Of a stretch of 64,000 nt of DNA, positions 60,725 to 64,000 are shown in pieces. The notes beneath the pieces are model-generated. The model was not told the origin of the DNA. It worked only from the letters and a program-made list of their open reading frames with translations, and did no database searches. The position numbers and the translations under genes were made by a program. Within the stretch, counting starts at the first letter, position 1; every line of letters starts with the position of its first letter. Origin of the DNA: Candidatus Poribacteria bacterium (GTDB lineage Bacteria; Poribacteria; WGA-4E; PCPOR2b); assembly GCA_965215015.1 (NCBI GenBank), contig OZ244042.1, positions 896,001-960,000 on the forward strand. Reading direction: 5' to 3'.

Positions 60725-61813
60725 TTAGATGCTGTTGGGTTTTCTCAAGCTTTGGGCGTCGCGCTCCTCGTAGGCTTCTATGATCTGCTGCACAAGTTCG
60801 TGCCGTACAACATCTTCTTTTGAAAAATGGATGAATGCGATACCGTCAACATCTGATAGTACCAATTGTGCATCAACAAGCCCTGACTTTGTACCGGTCG
60901 GCAGGTCAGTTTGCGTTATGTCTCCGGTGATAACGGCTCTGGAATCAAACCCGAGGCGTGTGAGAAACATCTTCATCTGTTCAATGGTTGCGTTTTGTGC
61001 TTCATCAAGAACGACAAACGAGTTATTGAGCGTCCGGCCACGCATGAAGGCAATCGGTGCCACCTCAATCACATTCCGTTCAACATAACGCTCAAGAGCT
61101 TCGGGAGGCATCATATCGTAAAGCGCATCGTATAAAGGACGCAGATAGGGGTTAATTTTCGCTTCAATATCGCCGGGTAAAAAACCGAGCCTTTCGCCCG
61201 CTTCCACCGCGGGGCGGGTTAGAATGATTCGACTGACTTCTCCATTTTTCAAGGCAGAAACCGCCATTGCCATAGCGAGATAAGTTTTTCCGGTTCCGGC
61301 AGGACCTATACCAAATACAAGGTCATACGCTTTAATTGCGGCTACATAGCGTTTCTGGGCGGGGGTCTTTGGCCTTACAACACCACGCTTGGAAAAGACA
61401 GGAATAGTTTCACTGACTGCTTTTTCCAGCTGAACAAGTGTCTCCCCTTTGGAAAGGCGAATCGCGTATTTGACATCATTCGCATTGATGGATTGTCCAC
61501 TCCGGATGCGATGGAGTAACGATTCAAAGGTTTTGGTTACACGATTAACGTCGTCGAAGTTTTTGCCCGTAATCTCCAAGCCTTCGCTCTTTAATAGCAC
61601 CTTGACGTTAAAACGGGCTTCGACAATGTTCAGAAAGACATCGGATTGCCCAAAAAGCACTTGGGCTTCTGTGTTACTCTGTATCGGTATTTTTAAGGAT
61701 TCTTGGTTCTGCAATACGCTATTGTCCCTGTTTTTGGGTGGGTGTAGCCGCTGTTGTCTCTGTCGGAAATTAACTTTACCTGTAATTTTACCAGAATTTT
61801 GCCAGCTTTCCAA
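60725..61813 (-). CDS. phoH: PhoH-family ATPase (true start probably downstream of 61813)
   Basis: GPAGTGKT, LTRPAVEAGERLGFLPG, FMRGRT, DEAQN, GDITQTDL. Confidence 0.95.
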   Translation of the reverse strand: MESWQNSGKITGKVNFRQRQQRLHPPKNRDNSVLQNQESLKIPIQSNTEAQVLFGQSDVFLNIVEARFNVKVLLKSEGLEITGKNFDDVNRVTKTFESLLHRIRSGQSINANDVKYAIRLSKGETLVQLEKAVSETIPVFSKRGVVRPKTPAQKRYVAAIKAYDLVFGIGPAGTGKTYLAMAMAVSALKNGEVSRIILTRPAVEAGERLGFLPGDIEAKINPYLRPLYDALYDMMPPEALERYVERNVIEVAPIAFMRGRTLNNSFVVLDEAQNATIEQMKMFLTRLGFDSRAVITGDITQTDLPTGTKSGLVDAQLVLSDVDGIAFIHFSKEDVVRHELVQQIIEAYEERDAQSLRKPNSI

Positions 61814-62131
61814 GTAAATTTTTTGTTTTCCTCACCCAAGTTGCTATACAGATCGAAAATTTTGGTCGTTAATGTCCATAGGAATTACGCACTTGAGCTT
61901 GTAGGCGCGCTATTCAACCCGCGGCACGATAGAGGATAAATCACTAACTGTAACCGCCCGATGAATCGCCGAGGATACCATGACTCTAGCACAAGAGAAT
62001 ACCAGACACTATGGGGCTACAATCCTGGTTCAATCCGCCCGGAACATTGCGCGACTTTTTCTGGTGTTGGCTTCGAGGGATCAACTACGTAAGTCCTAGT
62101 CCATATACCCCCCCTAAGTTGGAAAATCAAC

Positions 62132-63268
62132 CTACCAGTTAGTATACGCCCCATCGTCCCTTTGGTAACCGGCAGGTGGACCGGGAGCCGGTGGCGTGGC
62201 GTTGATAAGTGCCTCTTCGTTGAACTCAATACCAAGTCCGGGACTCTCAGGTGGAAGTAAATAGCCATCAGCAAACGGCATCTGAACTGGAAAGACATCG
62301 GTAAGGCTCGTCATCGGTGGACGCGGCAGCTCCTGTACCCCGACAAGGGCTGATGCCAAACAGAGGTGGAGACAGGCTGCTGTTGAAACAGGACCGAGTG
62401 GATTGTGTGGGACAATGTGGATGTAGTGCGTCTCACACCAACCCGCGATCTTCCGAGCCTCCGTCAAGCCCCCGGCAATGCAGAGGTCAATTCGACAGTA
62501 ATCCATCAAGTCCTCTTCGATCGCTTCCCGAAAACTCCATTTGCTGTCAAACTGTTCGCCCACCGCAAGTGGGACCGATGTATTTTGTCGAACTAACTTC
62601 AGACTCGCCGGATTTTCGCTGCGAAGCGGGTCTTCAATGAAGAAGGGCCGATACGCCTCAACCCTTTTACAAAATTCAATGCTGGCAGGTGGATCCAACC
62701 GCGTGTGGACATCCACAAGAATCTCGACATCATCACCGAGCACTTCTCTGACCGCCTTTACCTGCTCAATCCCGAACCGCACTGCTCGCGTCGGCTCAAA
62801 CCGATCGTCGCCTTCCGGGTCACATAACCCCCATCGAACAAATTTCCATCCCGCTTCGTAGGTCCTCTGGCAACTCTGGACGAGCGATTCAATATTATTT
62901 GGGTCACCGTTGTGGGGATAACAAACCACCTTATCGCGGGTCCTTCCCCCCAATAATTCGTATACCGGCACGCCCAACGCCTTACCTTTAAGATCCCACA
63001 GCGCAATGTCTACTGCACTCACTGCCGCGGACTGAATCACGCCGCCGGGGAAGAAACCGCCGCGAAACATCCGCTGCCACAAATACTCAATACGAAACGG
63101 GTCTTGACCGAGCAGGGTGGGTTCAGACGAATGGATGACTTCTGCCATCGCTCGTCCCCGCCGTTTCAAGCCCCCTTCGCCAATACCGTAGATACCTTCG
63201 TCCGTCTCGACCTTCACGAAAAAATTTCCAGTTGATGCAATAAACGGTTTAACCGCCGTAATCTTCAT
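62132..63268 (-). CDS. Mandelate racemase/muconate-lactonizing family enzyme (galactonate dehydratase-like)
   Basis: SAVDIALWDLKGK, VDVH, FIEDP, VGEQ, PHNPLGP, PGLGI. Confidence 0.92.
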   Translation of the reverse strand: MKITAVKPFIASTGNFFVKVETDEGIYGIGEGGLKRRGRAMAEVIHSSEPTLLGQDPFRIEYLWQRMFRGGFFPGGVIQSAAVSAVDIALWDLKGKALGVPVYELLGGRTRDKVVCYPHNGDPNNIESLVQSCQRTYEAGWKFVRWGLCDPEGDDRFEPTRAVRFGIEQVKAVREVLGDDVEILVDVHTRLDPPASIEFCKRVEAYRPFFIEDPLRSENPASLKLVRQNTSVPLAVGEQFDSKWSFREAIEEDLMDYCRIDLCIAGGLTEARKIAGWCETHYIHIVPHNPLGPVSTAACLHLCLASALVGVQELPRPPMTSLTDVFPVQMPFADGYLLPPESPGLGIEFNEEALINATPPAPGPPAGYQRDDGAYTNW

Positions 63269-63387
63269 GTATTACCTCCAGTTGAATGATGTAGGCGAAC
63301 CCGGTTTTTCGGAGTTCGCCTACAAGGCGCATTGAGGCATGGGAGATTATCCGTCACACCTCGCGTCTGATCGGTGCTTATTTATTG

Positions 63388-63611
63388 CTAGGCGTGTTGA
63401 TATTTTGTTGTAGTCAATTCCACAAATACTGTAAGTAAATCGAAATCCATATCTCGACACAGCCTGTTGATTTTGGCAAATTAACCTACAACCGTCCGAA
63501 ATCGTTTCTGATGTGTGGACAAAGGGGTTGGCAGACCGAACCCCTACGAAGATCATGAGTCTGTGCATCCCCTTGATTGTCTGGTTGCGATGAAATGCCA
63601 ACAGAACCTAG
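63388..63611. mobile_element. MITE-like intergenic element with imperfect CTAG-flanked inverted ends and an internal REP-like hairpin
   Basis: CTAGGCGTGTTGATAT ... ATGCCAACAGAACCTAG; internal AGGGGTTGG..CGAACCCCTAC. Confidence 0.4.
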
Positions 63612-63623
63612 CAACTAAGGTTA

Positions 63624-63998
63624 TTATACATCGTCCACTGGTGAAGGCACGTTATCCTGACAGTAGACGGGACGGAAGAGCGTGGAGCGTTTGAACGGCA
63701 TTTCAGCGAGGTGTTTTGGATGGGGCTCCCATTTATGCCATTTGTTACCGACAACATTGTAGCAGTTGAAAATAGCGACCCGATCTACTGTATCGTCCCC
63801 CCACTGTGCGCCGGTGTGGGTGATCGCTTCCGTGAAAAACAGCACAGATCCCGCTGGACAGGAATAATCGTCCCACAGTGGACAATCCCGATCCTGTGTT
63901 GATTTTGGTGGAGGGAAAGCACCTTTGTGACTTCCCGTCAAGAATAGGGTGCCGCCGCTACGTTTCTTAACCGGATTCAATTCCCATACGACTCGCGT
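63624..63998 (-). CDS. Phytanoyl-CoA dioxygenase (PhyH) family protein, 5' part outside window
   Basis: ..TRVVWELNPV..GGTLFLTGSHK..AGSVLFFTEAITHTG..R; frame open to the window edge. Confidence 0.8.
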   Translation of the reverse strand, partial: TRVVWELNPVKKRSGGTLFLTGSHKGAFPPPKSTQDRDCPLWDDYSCPAGSVLFFTEAITHTGAQWGDDTVDRVAIFNCYNVVGNKWHKWEPHPKHLAEMPFKRSTLFRPVYCQDNVPSPVDDV

Positions 63999-64000
63999 CA

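Overview
Bacterial chromosomal window, mostly minus-strand genes. It is probably Ca. Poribacteria or a relative; this is inferred from C-terminal 'VxPxG...WGxIK' tails, the LamG/TPR giant protein, the Rpn nuclease, a PhyH dioxygenase and GTAG-type REP palindromes. (1) 1-8.5 kb: a >2,800-aa secreted TPR+LamG protein that runs off the window and is missing from the ORF track. (2) 8.7-24.5 kb: a histidine kinase / sigma-54 response-regulator pair followed by a ~13-kb tandem cassette array. The regulator's 3' tail plus its downstream enhancer (TCGCAG-N4-CTGCGA boxes) and sigma-54 promoter module is copied four more times in intact or eroded form. Each copy precedes secreted cargo: a beta-rich secreted protein plus TolB/PD40-like beta-propellers (6 mosaic genes and a stub), or a lipoprotein-family triplet. 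All propeller genes carry a covarying hairpin in the signal-peptide codons. (3) 25-46 kb: sigma-54-driven hsp20-degP, ABC ATPase, Rpn, a Type IIG-like R-M enzyme, hsp20-lon, a HEAT-repeat lipoprotein and fused glyQS. (4) 46-57.6 kb: a defence-type island between recO and glyQS, with one Type III res, two mod paralogues with different central regions, an IS remnant and an uncharacterised coupled gene pair. (5) recO, tRNA-Pro(CGG) with a degenerate tandem copy, corC-like, ybeY, phoH, an enolase-superfamily dehydratase and a partial PhyH. No database searches were run; family calls come from motif recognition.
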